This document shows positions 23,681-37,142 of a stretch of DNA of 64,000 nucleotides, one piece after another. Source of the stretch: Phoronis australis (taxonomy: Eukaryota > Animalia > Phoronida); contig NMRA01000425.1 in NCBI GenBank assembly GCA_002633005.1, forward strand, positions 1 through 64,000. The letters are read 5' to 3'. The translations under genes and the position numbers were made by a program. The notes under the pieces were generated by a model that had not been told where the DNA came from, searched no databases, and saw nothing but the letters and a program-made list of their open reading frames with translations. The number at the start of each line of letters is the position of its first letter. Positions within the stretch are counted from its first letter, which is position 1.

Positions 23681-26600
23681 AAGAAATGGTAATCAATTGG
23701 CTACGACCAGTGGCTCATACAGGAAGCATGGAACTGGAAGTGCCGTCAATCGACATCTGAAAAATTTGTTGAACTAGTCCGGAATTTGACTACTGAGCAC
23801 TGCACGATGCTTTAGGGACTAAGTCGGTATTCGTACCACATTTTTATACCAGGATCTAATACGTATGCTGTGTCCTGCATCCCAGTACTAATAGAACGTG
23901 TATGCATTTTCTCCAAACTGCTTCCTAGGGGGAGCTTTTGGACATGGACGTGCGTCCAAGGTTGTAACAACAATGAAAAGGTAGACGAAGAAGTAACACA
24001 GCAAACTACATTATGTGCCTGCCACACATATCATTGCCATTTAGTTCGAGTAAAATTGAAATTTGAGAACACAAAAATTTAATGCATTTTCACTACGATT
24101 TATGAAGATTTCATACTAGTCATCACTGGAAGGGGTTCTTTCATCAATCTATTTTTATTCAAGATTTTGTGGGAATGCACGCAAGTTACATCTACGCAAA
24201 TGTCTACTAGTGGAAAGTGGAATGTAGATGCCAGGCAAATAGTTTAAATTCACGACCGTAACCAGCTCATAGGCTGGAGCCAGACGCTGGACCGAAATAA
24301 TCCACGAATCACAACGGTATAAATCTTTCATAATTTTGGAACAGACAAAACAGAACAAGTATTATTTACCAGAAATAAAAAAATCCAGTTAGCATGACAG
24401 TAATTAGATATTATCGTTCCTGACAAACGCAAGTCGACCAATGAAATCAGTTACCGCAATTCGAAACTTGGCTTAATTTGACAGCCAGGGTAAAGAATTG
24501 CAGTTCGAGACAGATATTACTCGACACAGATGGTTAGAAAATCAAATCGTGATTTAATAAAGGCTGAAATCAGAACTGTCCAAAGACTGAGTAGGCTCCG
24601 ATTTGGCTTCAATCGCCGAAGACGCCGGTGCGAAACGGTTAAGTTCGTACGACCTCAGAATACGAAAATCTGCCGATATGGCGAGGTCATTACCATTACG
24701 ATATCTTACTAGTAGGCCTATTACAGTGTATTTGTCTGGTGTTTAGTCAGGAACAATGCACAGTCTACGTTAATGTCTCTATTGAGTACATTTAAAAAGT
24801 TGCAGTAATTAAGATCACTCGATGTCGATTAAGAATTGAATAGTCGGACTCCTGATTAGTTATGATGGTGTTTTCGGTTTTGCAAGTTTTTAACATTTTG
24901 CTATGTTATGCACAATTTTATTAGTGTTAAATACAATAAAAGAACACTATAAATTCAATAGTTTTACTTTTACTGACAATACGATGCACCGTTTATCGTA
25001 TTGTGATGTTAATTATAATACCCGGCCTTGATTCGATTGCAACATTCCTGAAGTAGTTTAGTAAATGTCGGTTGTTTGTGTGTCTGTTGACATGTATTTC
25101 TGGCCGTGTTCGATTTTAATTCAGTCATTGCATTTGATCAATGAAATGAAATGGAGAAACGAGACGAGAACCATTACTTACCGTCTCACAGAGCTATGGT
25201 TCCATTCACAAAAATTTATGTAAACTCTCAGTGACTTGTCGCGTTGGATTAGGGACCCCTGTTGCCACCTGGTGGTGTTCATATGTACTTCCAGTTCAAA
25301 GTAGGGACTTAAAGGACTTGCAGAGTGTGCACGTTATATTGTATTCTTGTGTTATGACACAGTATGAAGAGCAAACACAATGGCAGTAATGCTCGCGTAA
25401 GTTGGTTCAACCACAACGAGATATGTCATCCTTCATGTACTAACCCCAATTTGGACCTGTCTGAAGGGCTAAATTCTTTATGTAGGAAAACCGCACTTTG
25501 GCAGACGGACCTTTGTCCGAGTTAAGCCAAAATGCAACTGATCCATGTCGAACTTACCACGAACTTTGTATTGAGGATACTGCAGGCGCAGCTTATCTTT
25601 CATAATGATATAGTCCTCTAATTCAGTTAGCAGTCATATTTGGGCTCCGTTTCATCCGGAATTAACAGTGAAATTGTTCCCTAGATGACGTTGGTGGGTA
25701 TATGAAAACATTAAGAACAGACACTAGTCTAGATCCACCAGTGTGTCCAGTTTTGAATTGCACGTAGTAATTTGTTAAACTTACCGTAAATACAAATGGT
25801 TTGTTTTGTTTTGCAAACATTTTCATGTCCGGTCCACACGCCACCTGTGGCAACATCACGTGTCCACGCCGGTTCAAAATTTACATATTCAAATTGTTAT
25901 GCGTGAAAATTGAATAAGTTCTATCCATTTAATTTCCTAATTCTCATAGATGCAATAACGTGTTGACTTCTGTATCGTGATCATAAAATAAAAGCTTGCT
26001 TTTGCACCGAAGATTACTGGACAGGGTTGTGTGAGAGATTGTATAAAAGACATGGCAGGAGTTTTCGTCAAATGCACATACAAATTCCACTGTCCGTGAT
26101 GTCAACTTCTCTGCTTGCCCCAAATACTGTCATGTGAGACTAAAGGTGCGTGTTTTATGTTTTGTTGCAATACTTTTGCTCGGAAAGGAAATTGGGGTAA
26201 CTTTGGATTGTAGCCTACGGAATATGGCGGTTATGAAATTGATCAGTTTATTTTACGTCATGTGAAAAATCTGAGGGCCATGTGAAGTGTCAGTTATGTG
26301 ACGTGTTTTAGGGCTCACATTTAAAATCTGCTCAAATTGTGGTTCTCTGCCACTAAAACAGAAGTGTATCTATTCAGCAGGTATTTTACGGTTTGTTCGT
26401 AAAGATTTTGAATTTCTGTTGTTGTCAAAGTATTATTGCTTTAGTTTTAAATTTCCAAAAAAGATCTGTCAACTGCTCGTCACTTCGTCGATTTTTCTCA
26501 AAAACACGGCAAAGCACGTCTCGCTATATATGGCATGGCATGACATAGACTTAGCACATTTCCCTTATATGGAAACTATGACCTTTGAAATTTCATGTAC

Positions 26601-27615
26601 ACAAAACAATGGTGATTTCAAACCGCAACTAGTCCGACGTCTTTGAGCGCAAGCGCGCATACATGTACATATTGTTTTAGGCGGAGAATTTAAACATAGT
26701 TGAGATGAAAGAGTTTTTGTTTCCTCTGTGTTTTAAAAATAGCGGATCCAACGACTGTGTCTAGAAATTCTTGCGATATCTAAGTGAACAATTCTTACTT
26801 TAGCATCCACCATGATCTGTTTAAAAGTTGTTTTTTTTTAGTTTTTCGCGTTCCGTGCCTCTTTGAATCAAACCAGTTCTACGGAGTTGTCGGTAAACAT
26901 ATCTACATGTACATTAGAATAATGATCAGTTTCTCCAAGTAAAGCAGCTAAAAACACTGTGTTCCGTCGAAGATGCAAACTAAATGATTCGCAACACTAA
27001 CCGCAATAAAATTGAGATCAACCTGTTCTACTCAGATGAGAAATAATTTTTGTTTTGGAATTTTTTAGTTTGCAAGGAACTGACAATTCGTTACTCTTTG
27101 AGACGGATGCTCGGCGCATCAAGTGACACTGTAACTAGCCATTTTGTAAAACCTAGTCTCGAGCAATAACGTTCAATTTAACAAAGGAAATTTAGATTCT
27201 CAGTTTCATAAGAGTATGTGGTCTATATAAAAAGTTGATTATAGTATTGTAAGGCGAGTCTGTTGTTGCTTTAAATTTTGGAAAACATCTTACTGTGTGT
27301 ACAATCGCCTGTAATTGCTAAGTTTGGGTAACTCGACGGCTGTGAAAAAGGAGCCGCTCACACCGTGACTTGTAAAATTCCATTACTTAGTTAGGCAAAG
27401 ATAAATCAGTAGTTTTAACAAAGCAATGTTGACGGGATGGGCGATGTCTGAAGCTGCTGGTCACGCAATTAGCGTCTGGTGGCATCACTAAAACACTCAT
27501 TAAACTTGAAGGTATTGCAACCCTTTTAAAATATGAACTAAACAAGTGTTTACTTACGTAGTGTTTCATATACACTAATAAAGTTCCTTGGCTCATTGTC
27601 CAGAGGGACATTTGC

Positions 27616-28624
27616 ATAGGCGGATGTAGGGGGGGGCAGGGGGCCGGCCCCTCCCCCCCCCCTTGGCTGCCGCAAAAAAAAAATAAAACAGCAAGGGAAA
27701 TGTTGATTTGATTAATTAACCCCGGTAATTAAAATTATAAGGATGAAACACGATTTAAATGTGTGCAGTTTTAGTGTTTGAGGGGGGGGGTTTCAGATCC
27801 AATTTCAAGTGTCAAATTCGGAACACGGCCCATTCGTAACGGAATTATGACTAAGTACATGTATAGGATCTCCCGCGATATCCCAGGCGACCGGCAGTGG
27901 CGCTGCGCACTACGACTCCGTTTCCGTCGTCTGCTCCACTGTGCAATGAAGAAAATTTACTTCATTTTTTAAAGAAAATGAAACAGAAGCTGCTGGTAAG
28001 ATGTGAATTTTAATCGAAGCCTTAGTGAATCACTCAGAAACTCATAATTCTCTCTTTCTCAAACCTTAAAACTTAAGACGATTTCCAAAGCAATCCCGTC
28101 ATTATTGCCAACACGAAAAACGGATTTGGTCTTTTTGGGCATTTGAAGACTATTTTAAATACAACAAATTTGTTAAGAACCGATTACACAAAATATAAAC
28201 CATGTAATAAGCATTACAAAAAGAAGTAGGTTTCGCGCGCAAACGCTGTGGACCAAAAACAAGAAGGTCTCTTATCATGAATTTAGTAGGTAAGTTGTGG
28301 TGGTGTAGGGGTAAAGCACGCGCGCTCTGTCCGCCGGGTCGTGAGTGCGAGTCTCTGATATTTTTAGTTTTTCCTGTTTGACACGACCCGTTCTCCGCGT
28401 ATTTTTATCTTTTTGCCTTTTTTTCTTGGATAATACTTCAGGAATGAAGGAAAATGCTTGATTTTTAGAGGAAAAAACAGAAAAATTTCCTGGGCGGGAG
28501 GGGAGCCCCCCTCCCGACCTCCTCCCATTCGGTGCTATGCGCATCTACAATCGTGGTTTGCGCAAATGCTTACAGCCGGACAAAATGTTGCCCCCCCCCT
28601 TGTGATATCCTAGATCCGCCACTG
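27616..28624. mobile_element. Non-autonomous DNA transposon (MITE) carrying an internal ~570-bp segment (27870-28442)
   Basis: Imperfect terminal inverted repeats CATAGGCGGATGTAGG / CCTAGATCCGCCACTG with G/C-run subterminal tracts. Confidence 0.6.
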
Positions 28625-28648
28625 AAATATCCCATATCCTGGTGTTGN

Positions 28649-31600
28649 TTACTACGCAAGCCAACACCTGCGTGTGATTACCAAATGCCACCTGACTAGA
28701 ACGACGTCTTTCGTGGAAATGCAATTAGAGTTGAAAATGTATAAACTGCATGCTTATGAAATGGACAATATTACAAAGACTACGGATAGCCATAAAATGA
28801 GTAAAGTTTAAAACACCATAATTTGTTAAATTGATAAGAATCAACCAAGAAAAAGTTATCATTAGTTTAATTAATTCAAATTGTTATGGACTTTCAACAT
28901 GGCGGCTTGTCCTGAGACGTGTTTGTGAACACTGCTGTCATTTTATCCTCGAAGCCTGTATTGAAAAACCAAACATTGAAAATACCCCAGCTGTATCGAG
29001 CAAAAGTGCACCTGCAACAACCAACGCAAGCAATAGAAGGCGCCGTACATAGAGGAGTCAGTCTAGTGAGAAGTTTAAAGTTGCCATTATTAGATATATG
29101 CGCTAGGAAGATGTTTAAAGATTTTCTGGATGAATTAAAAGGTTCGTGAAATCTTCAATACCCTCAAGCTCAAGTTTCACAAAGATTCAACGTGTCTAGC
29201 AAAAACTAGTCCCTCAGAAACAAGCAGATGAATCACTGGAGAAAGAGCTTGACCACTTGGTTCAGTACCATCGGCGAAATTCTTTGGTGGTAAGCAGTAT
29301 CCCTGAAACAGGTGACATTATTTTAGCACGTGCTAGTACGAAGGGATCCAATGTTACCCAAGCAATCAAGGTACTAACAAGGAGTGGACATCATAGCAAA
29401 ATTTACGAATTATTAGCCTATGCTCATGCCAACTTTATATTATTCTGCCATAGAACGCGAAAAACAAGACTAAGTTGCATTCTCATGATGCCAAAGCACT
29501 TTCGTATGGAGGCCCATTAGTGCCAGGAAAGGTAAAACTGGAATCTGCTAATGTATAATACCGATTGTCAATCTTTTAATACAGATTGGCAATCTGTCGT
29601 ACGGATTGGCAATCTGTTAATACGGATTGTTGATCCGTTAATACGGATTGTCAATCTGTTGTTTTGAATTGTCAATCTGGAAATTACGGCAATCTGTTGG
29701 TAAGAAATGGTAATCAATTGGCTACGACCAGTGGCTCATACAGGAAGCACGGTACTGAAAGTGCCGTCAATCGACATCTGAGAAATTTGTTGAACTAGTC
29801 CGGAATTTGACTACTGAGCACTGCACGAGGCTTTAAGGGACTAAGTCGGTATTCGTACCGCATTTTTATACCAGGATCTATACGTATGCTGTGTCCTGCC
29901 TCCCAGTACTAATAGAACGTGTATGCATTTTCTCCAAACTGCTTCCTAGGGGGAGCTTTTGGACATGGACGTGCGTCCAAGATTGTAACAACAATGAAAA
30001 GGTAGACGAAGAAGTAACACAGCAAACTACATTATGTGCCTGCCACACATATCATTGCCATTTAGTTCGAGTAAAATTGAAATTTGAGAACACAAAAATT
30101 TAATGCATTTTCACTACGATTTATGAAGATTTCATTCTAGTCATCACTGGAAGGGGTTCTTCATAATCATTTCCAAGTTAGATGCACCATAATTTTCACT
30201 CTAAACGCCTGATCTAATTTTTTTCTCTTTCGGATATAATTGTGAGGATTTTTACACACTTGTAGGGAAAAGAAAAACGAAAGACAAAATATTGCCTATG
30301 CGTCATAACTTGACACACGTGCTCTTTTAAAGGGGGTGAAAGCCACCATACATTTCTCCGTCCCCGGATCTGACCTTAAATTTTAGTATTCTTAACAACG
30401 GAGTGTCACAGAAGACCATCGTGTGTGCTTGGAGTATTTGCACTGCCCTAAAAAATGATGGAGGCGTCCTCTTGTAAAAACATCATTACTTGCAAAGCAT
30501 TCTAATACAAAACTAAAAAGGGCGTTACTTGCATGGGATACCAACAAATGATACTTGTATGCATGCAGCAATGTGCACGCCGATTGGGAAATAATGAAAT
30601 GAGAAAAAACTCACAATTAATTGAGATTGAAAAAGATCATCAAAAACTACTTGAAATTGAAAGTGTTTCTTTTTCCTAAATTCAATCGGTGCTATTGAAT
30701 TTTAATTCAAAGTGACGGAGGATCCTCCCTTTGGATTTGAGCTTTTAAGAGGGTGTCTAACTCTTTTCGAAGGTAGGTGTATGATCTTGAAATTAAGCTA
30801 ACATCATCCCTAAAACATTTGAAGTCCAACATTATCGATTGAACAGTATTCGTGAAAGCTGACACCTGAATAAGATTGTGCGTCTAGACTGGGTTGCATC
30901 AAACTTCAAAACGCCGGATAATTTTTTACATGACTTCAGATAAATTGTTTAACAATGACAACATGACACGTGATGGCGTGATGCCATTGGCTACTTCTTA
31001 TATACAACGGGTCCAGAATGTGGTACATAGCCAGATTGATCGGTGCTGAAACAGAGGAAGTGAGAGGTCTATGTCACTCTGGGTGATTATGGGGAATGAT
31101 TGACAGCTAGCATCAGCAGTCAAAAATGGACTGAACCACCGGATGAGGGCTGCAGTTTTCTGTGGTCATTTTTTGTTCTAAGAAAGATTTATTTTTTTCT
31201 GATTGAATTTTGGCAAACTCTGTGTTGGACACTAAATTACTTGAATATATTCGCCTAAATGAACTAAAAGGTTTGTTAGATTTTTATTGACAATTACATT
31301 TAGGAGATGGACGATGAATACACTTTTAAATACGGAATCTGTGCTATAGATGATGCTGATGGACTCTGTAGTTGACATTTTGCGTCTTTGTAGACTACTG
31401 TTATTTGCTTATCTGCATCCGTGGGCAAAAGACATTTCATTAGGAGCAACTGGTGAAATGTGTGATAGTGTGCAAAACTGCTGCTTTTGAAGAGTCTGAG
31501 GACAAGGTTGACGGAATGATGCGTATTTAAGATACGTGAGCAAAGACATAAGTTGTCCTATTTTTCCATGAGGTGGTGATGTTGTAAGAATGTTGTCTTA

Positions 31601-33235
31601 TTAACTACTGGTTAGACTTTGAAAATAATTGACGATATCTTACTAGTAGACCTATTACAGTGTATTTGTTTGGTGTTTAGTCAGGAACAATGCACAGTCT
31701 ACGTTAATGTCTCTATTGAGTACATTTAAGAAGTTGCAGTAATTAAGATCACTCGATGTCGATTAAGAATTGAATAGTCAGACTCCTGATTAGTTATGAT
31801 GGTGTTTTCGGTTTTGCAAGTTTTTAACGTTTTGCTATGTTATGCACAATTTTATTATTGTTAAATACAATAAAAGAACACTATAAATTCAATAGTTTTA
31901 CTTTTACTGACAATACGATGCACCGTTTATCGTATTGTGATGTTAATTATAATACCCGGCCTTGATTCGATTGCAACATTCCTGAAGTAGTTTAGTAAAT
32001 GTCGATTATCTGTGTGTCTGTTGACGTGTATTTCTGGCCGTGTTCGATTTTAATTCAGTCATTGCATTTGATCAATGAAATGAAATGGAGAAACGAGACG
32101 AGAACCATTACTTACCGTCTCACAGCGCTATGGTTCCATTCACAAAAATTTATGTAAACTCTCAGTGACTTGTCGCGTTGGATTAGGGACCCCTGTTGCC
32201 ACCTGGTGGTGTTCATATGTACTTCCAGTTCAAAGTAGGGACTTGCAGAGTGTGCACGTTATATTGTATTCTTGTGTTATGACACAGTATGAAGAGCAAA
32301 CACAATGCAGTAATGCTCGCGTAAGTTGGTTCAACCAGAACGAGATATGTCATCCTTCATGTACTAACCCCAATTTGGACCTGTCTGAAGGGCTAAATTC
32401 TTTATGTAGAACAACCGCACTTTGGCAGACGGACCTTTGTCTGAGTTAAGCCAAAATGCATCTGATGCATGTTGAACTTACCACGAACTTTGTATTGAGG
32501 ATACTGCAGGCGCAGCTTATCTTTCATAATGATATAGCCCTCTAATTCAGTTAGAAGTCATATTTGGGCTCCGTTTCATACGGAATTAACAGTGAAATTG
32601 TTCACTAGATGACGTTGGTGGTTATATGAAAACATTAAGAACAGACACTAGTCTAGATCCATCAGTGTGTTCAGTTTTGTACTGCACGTCTTGTTTTGTT
32701 TTGCAAACATTTTCATGTCTGGTCCACACGCCACCTGTGGCAACATCACGTGTCCACGCCGGTTCAAAATTTACATATTCAAATTGTTATGCGTGAAAAT
32801 TGAATTAGTTCTATGCATTTAATTTCCTAATTCTCATAGATGCAATAACGTGTTGACTTCTGTATCGTGAACATAAAATAAAATAAAAGCTTGCTTTTGC
32901 ACCAAAGATTACTGGACAGGGTTGTGTGAGAGATTGTATAATGAGACATGGCAGGAGTTTTCGCCAAATGCGGAAACAATTCCACTGTCCGGGATGTCAA
33001 TTTCTCTGCTTGCCCCAAATACTGTCATATGAGACTAAAGGTGTGTGTTATATGTTTTGTTGCAAAACTTTTGCTCAGAAAGGAAATTGGGATAACTTTG
33101 GATTGTAGCCTACGGAACATGGCGGTTATGAAATTGGTCAGTTTATTTAAAATCATGTGAAAAATCTGAGGGCCATGTGAAGTGTTAGTTATGTGACGTG
33201 TTTTAGGGCTCATATTTAAAATCTGCTCAAATTGT
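28649..33235 (+). repeat. Segmental duplicate B of 22579-26340 with a different central block (30161-31633)
   Basis: Direct sequence match to duplicate A. Confidence 0.92.
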
Positions 33236-33359
33236 TCAATTCAGTTATTTAGTCAGTTAAACGGTTCTCCCAACCTTATTGTCCTCTTTTTAGTTTAACT
33301 TGCAATCATGTGTGTTTCACGCAAGAAACAAACTAAGTTGTGTTATTCAAAGTGGTTCT

Positions 33360-33938
33360 CTCCCGCGATATCCCAGGCGACCGGCAGTGGCGCTGCGCAC
33401 TACGACTCCGTTTCCGTCGTCTGCTCCACTGTGCAATGAAGAAATTTTACTTCATTTTTTAAAGAAGATGGAACCTGAGTGACGATGAAAAAACAGAAGC
33501 TGCTGGAAAGATGTGAATTTTAATCGAAGCTTTAGTGAATCACTTAGAAACTCATAATTCTCTCTTTCTCAAACCTTAACTTAAGACGATTTCCAAACCA
33601 ATCCCGTCATTATTGCCAACACGAAAAACGGATTTGGTCTTTTTGGGCATTTGAAGACTATTTTAAATACAAAAAATTTGTTAAGAACCGATTACACAAA
33701 ATATAAAACATGTAATAAGCATTACAAAAAGAAGTAGGTTTCGCGCGCAAACGCTTTGAACCAAAAACAAGTAAGTCTCTTATTAAGAGCTTATTAGGTA
33801 AGTCGTGGTGGTGTAGAGGTAAAGCACGCTCGCTCTGTCCGTCGGGTCGTGAGTACGAGTCTCTGATATTTTGAGTTTTTCCTGTTTGACACGTTCTCCA
33901 TGTTTTTTTTGCCTTTTCTTCTTGGGTAATACTTCAGG
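33360..33938 (+). repeat. Second copy of the ~570-bp segment at 27870-28442, containing a degenerate tRNA-like stretch
   Basis: Both start TCCCGCGATATCCCAGGCGACCGGCAG and end TAATACTTCAGG, with different flanks. Confidence 0.85.
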
Positions 33939-34092
33939 GGGAGCAAGTTTTCGGTTATACAGAATTTGTTAAACGCACGACACTTTTCATTGTTACAGTC
34001 TTTATTCCGTTACGTTCGTACTTTCGGAACAAAACTCTACTCTCAACTGAACATAGATACAGTAACTGACCTAGCGACATAATTAAAAGATA

Positions 34093-34130
34093 CACGATAT
34101 TTCGAAACATACTTGTTTCATTCTCAAGTG
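34093..34130 (-). ncRNA. Variant minimal type I hammerhead ribozyme at the 3' end of a Penelope-like element
   Basis: Minus strand CAC-TTGAGAA-TGAAAC-AAGTAT-GTTTC-GAAA-TATC-GTG: stems I and II pair, and the core is the UUGANAA variant. Confidence 0.55.
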
Positions 34131-34155
34131 AAGATAAAATGACACAGTAATGCCA

Positions 34156-34686
34156 TCACAGAGCATAAGCTGATGACACACACAGTGAGACACGGCGGGT
34201 GTGAAATGAATGGGGGTAACAGGAAAGCCACGCAAACAAGTGTAGCGTGCGGCGCGACCCTGTTTGCTGCTCATTCAAAACAGGCTTCTCGAAAGCAATT
34301 AAAAGGGACTCTAATACTTTCAAACGCAGCACATCTTGCTCCACGTAGCGAATTGACGTGTTTTCCACAATTTCTCGACGGGTGATTTTACGTTCGTGAC
34401 ATTGCAGAAGATGATCTTGGATGGCGCCATTTTGAAGATGCATGGATAAATGACGGGAAACACTGCAAACCGTTTGACCAATGTAACATTGTTTGACGTT
34501 TGAACGAAGACATTCGTTCATAGGGCATACAAACTCATAAACAACACTACACTGTGCAACGTGGCGGACTTTCGCTTTAGAAATGTTATTTGTCATGACC
34601 AAGTTGAAGGACTTCCTATTCCGATAATAAATAATAACATCGAGGTAATCATCAGGCTTACAAACTTTAACCAGTACTTCTATCAA
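34156..34686 (-). mobile_element. 5'-truncated Penelope-like retroelement, GIY-YIG endonuclease region
   Basis: VVYEFVCP...CYIGQT...RHLSMHLQNGAIQDH...LKVLESLLI..KPVLNEQ. Confidence 0.88.
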
Positions 34687-34714
34687 TACCTTCCAATTAT
34701 CAAAACTCTCCCTT

Positions 34715-36420
34715 CTAAAGAACTGGCAGTTTTAAAATTGTGATTAAGCTCAAAAAGTTAACACCTTGATTTCGACCAATAACAAATCGTGTAATTTCCA
34801 GACTGTTAAACGCTTTACTTAAGTTCACAAAGGCACAGTGCATTTTCCCACCTCTTTTTGATAAACTTATGCGGACCAAAGCACGATGTAGAACAAAAAT
34901 GCTATCCACGGGTCAAATAACCCACCCTAAATCCGGCTTGTTCCTCAGGGATACATTACATTGTATCCGACCACTCAGTTAGCCTTTTGCTTAATATTAA
35001 TGTAAACAGCTTGCTCATGCTATCTATTAAAGAAATTATCCTGTAATTTTTTGAGTTATTTTTGTCTCCTTTCTTGTATATAGAAACAGTTATACTCTTT
35101 CTCCAGATCTCCAGGAATATGCCTGCCGCCAATGCATTGTTGAACAGGTTGCATAGTATTTCAAGGATGTCAACTGTCAATTATTTGATAACTTCTTTTG
35201 GAATACCATCTTCTCCAGGTGTTTTATTGCTTTTAAAGGAGCATGCCACCCAAAAAACAACCTAATTTGTATCAATTTAGATCGAGTAGTTCTACTCCAT
35301 AACGGCACGTACGGTTGCGTTACCTGACACCTGACGGCAGACTGAGGTGTTGAAATTGTCCAATGACGTATTTGGTTTCACACGCAGTCTGTTAAACAGT
35401 TCACAACACGGGTTACTGGTGTCAGCTTATCGCTTGAATTTTGTCGGACTTTTTGTTTCCCAGAGGCGGACCTTTTTGCCCACTTCGCCACTTTGCCCTC
35501 GTTCGAGCCCCCGAGCCCCCATCGGTGCGCACATGGTCAGGGCAGAAGTTGTACATTGACAATCATTATCTGAATAATGTAAATATAAATAAAGATTCCC
35601 CTAACATCTGGTCGTGGGGTGGAAATCGAGTTGTTTCACAACAGTTTCTGCCATCAAACACTAAATTAGCATAAGCTCACACGGCCTCGGTGTCCCGTCA
35701 ATTAGTTTTATTGCACCTAAACCCGGTAACGCAGTGATTTATTCATTGCTGACTTCTCAAATCATTTGCACTCAGGAACACTCCAAAGGCATTACAAATT
35801 GCATCTAATGAGACAGACATTATTTCAGTTTTATATAAGTATTGGTTAGGGTGAGAATAATTCATTTTGAAACAGAACGCTCAGTAATAAACGTCAACAT
35901 GGCAACTCGCAGTCCCCCGCGACTTAGACGAGAGCTCATCAGTCCCGACGAAGACTTCGCAGGNTCTTAGACGGAAGCCATCTTTATTCCAACTCCCTCC
36001 ACTAGCGCCACCTAACAGTTACATAACTAACTACTCAACAGATATAGACCGATTAATAAGGCAAAAAAGACTAATGAAATCGGGTGGCATTCTCCTTTAA
36101 GTTTATTTATTGCCTGATTGATTTCGGACATGTCGAATTCCTTATAAAGTTGTATCAGGATTTCATCGCCAGGTGTGTTGGCACAGTCATTGCAGCTTTC
36201 GTCATGCTCTCGCATTTCGTACAACAAATTATTAAGGAGGTCCCTGTTTTCAATGTTCAAAAGATTTTCAAAATAGTTATACCATTCATTCCACCTTGTT
36301 TTCCAAGTGCGCCATCTGTTGCAGTATGGCGGAAACAAACTACAACTGTTTCATACAAGAAATCCCTATTGCTCCTCCTTGCATTTACAGCCGTATTTGT
36401 CAACGTCAAAACGTTGCATT
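34715..36420 (-). mobile_element. Decayed LINE (CR1/L2/RTE-like) ORF2 reverse transcriptase fragment, interrupted at 35237-36096
   Basis: WYNYFENLLN..EINQAINKLK|SNKTPGEDGIP..WRKSITVSIYKKGDKNNSKNYRIISL..EEQAGFR..CAFVNLSKAFNS; contains stops and frameshifts. Confidence 0.88.
35237..36096. mobile_element. Non-autonomous Kolobok-type DNA transposon inserted in the LINE
   Basis: TIRs AGGAGCATGCCACCC / GGGTGGCATTCTCCT (14 of 15 match) flanked by TTAA on both sides; removing it restores the LINE frame KLKSNKTPG. Confidence 0.82.
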
Positions 36421-37142
36421 TTAAATGGAAATTGCTAATTTTTGGTTTCCAGGCGAATGTGTGTAGGCTTCCTATGTGTCATCCGGGGTATTAACGTTTC
36501 ACGACCAAAATGATATTTATGTTGAATGATATTAACTTCGTGAAAATATAGTAGCTTTCACACCGGAGCTACAAGACCGTAAAATATGTTGTATTTTGTG
36601 ATTATACGGGTTCGAGTCGAAAAGACGTGTCCATGTAATCGCGGTTTTATGATTCGGAACTTCGCTGAATGTTGTCGTTGTTCAGTTCGATTTGAAATGT
36701 ATTGTAATTTATTGACGGCTTTATGTTACATATTAAGTACACTCTCTGCCTCATTGCTTGTTGTGAAACTTGAACCTTCTTGAATTTGTTTATCAAATAG
36801 CTTTTACACTGGACATTTTTACCGATGAAAGTACACCTAAACGTGAATTTACCAAAAAATACCAGTCAATCTGATCTTGGCTGATCTACTTATTGACGAT
36901 GCTAACGTGAACGTTATTCATTTTGAACATAACAAAATGTCTAGATAAAATCGTCAGATTCACTTTATTTAGTATATAAGTGCCATTGTTTTGTTGACAT
37001 CAAAGGGCAAAAATAACATTTTTGTAATGCGTAGCAATGGAAATTGTAGCTCTAAATTTATATGTTATGTATGGTTTTTAATCATCTGTCACGCAGGTTG
37101 AAAATTCTCTGAATGTTGGTTTTGGGAAATCAATGGTATCGC

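Larger units (their letters stand above)
22579..26340 (+). repeat. Segmental duplicate A; 22579-24140 matches 28649-30160 and 24705-26340 matches 31634-33235
   Basis: Near-identical sequence and identical spurious ORFs in the ORF track; the second copy starts right after the n at 28648. Confidence 0.92.

Noticed and set aside
30161-31633. Possible gene in the block unique to duplicate B
   Set aside because: Only short coding-looking fragments with many stops and no motif I can identify
35915-35980. Possible hammerhead (CTGATGAG on the minus strand)
   Set aside because: No GAAA core at a suitable distance, and an n interrupts the region
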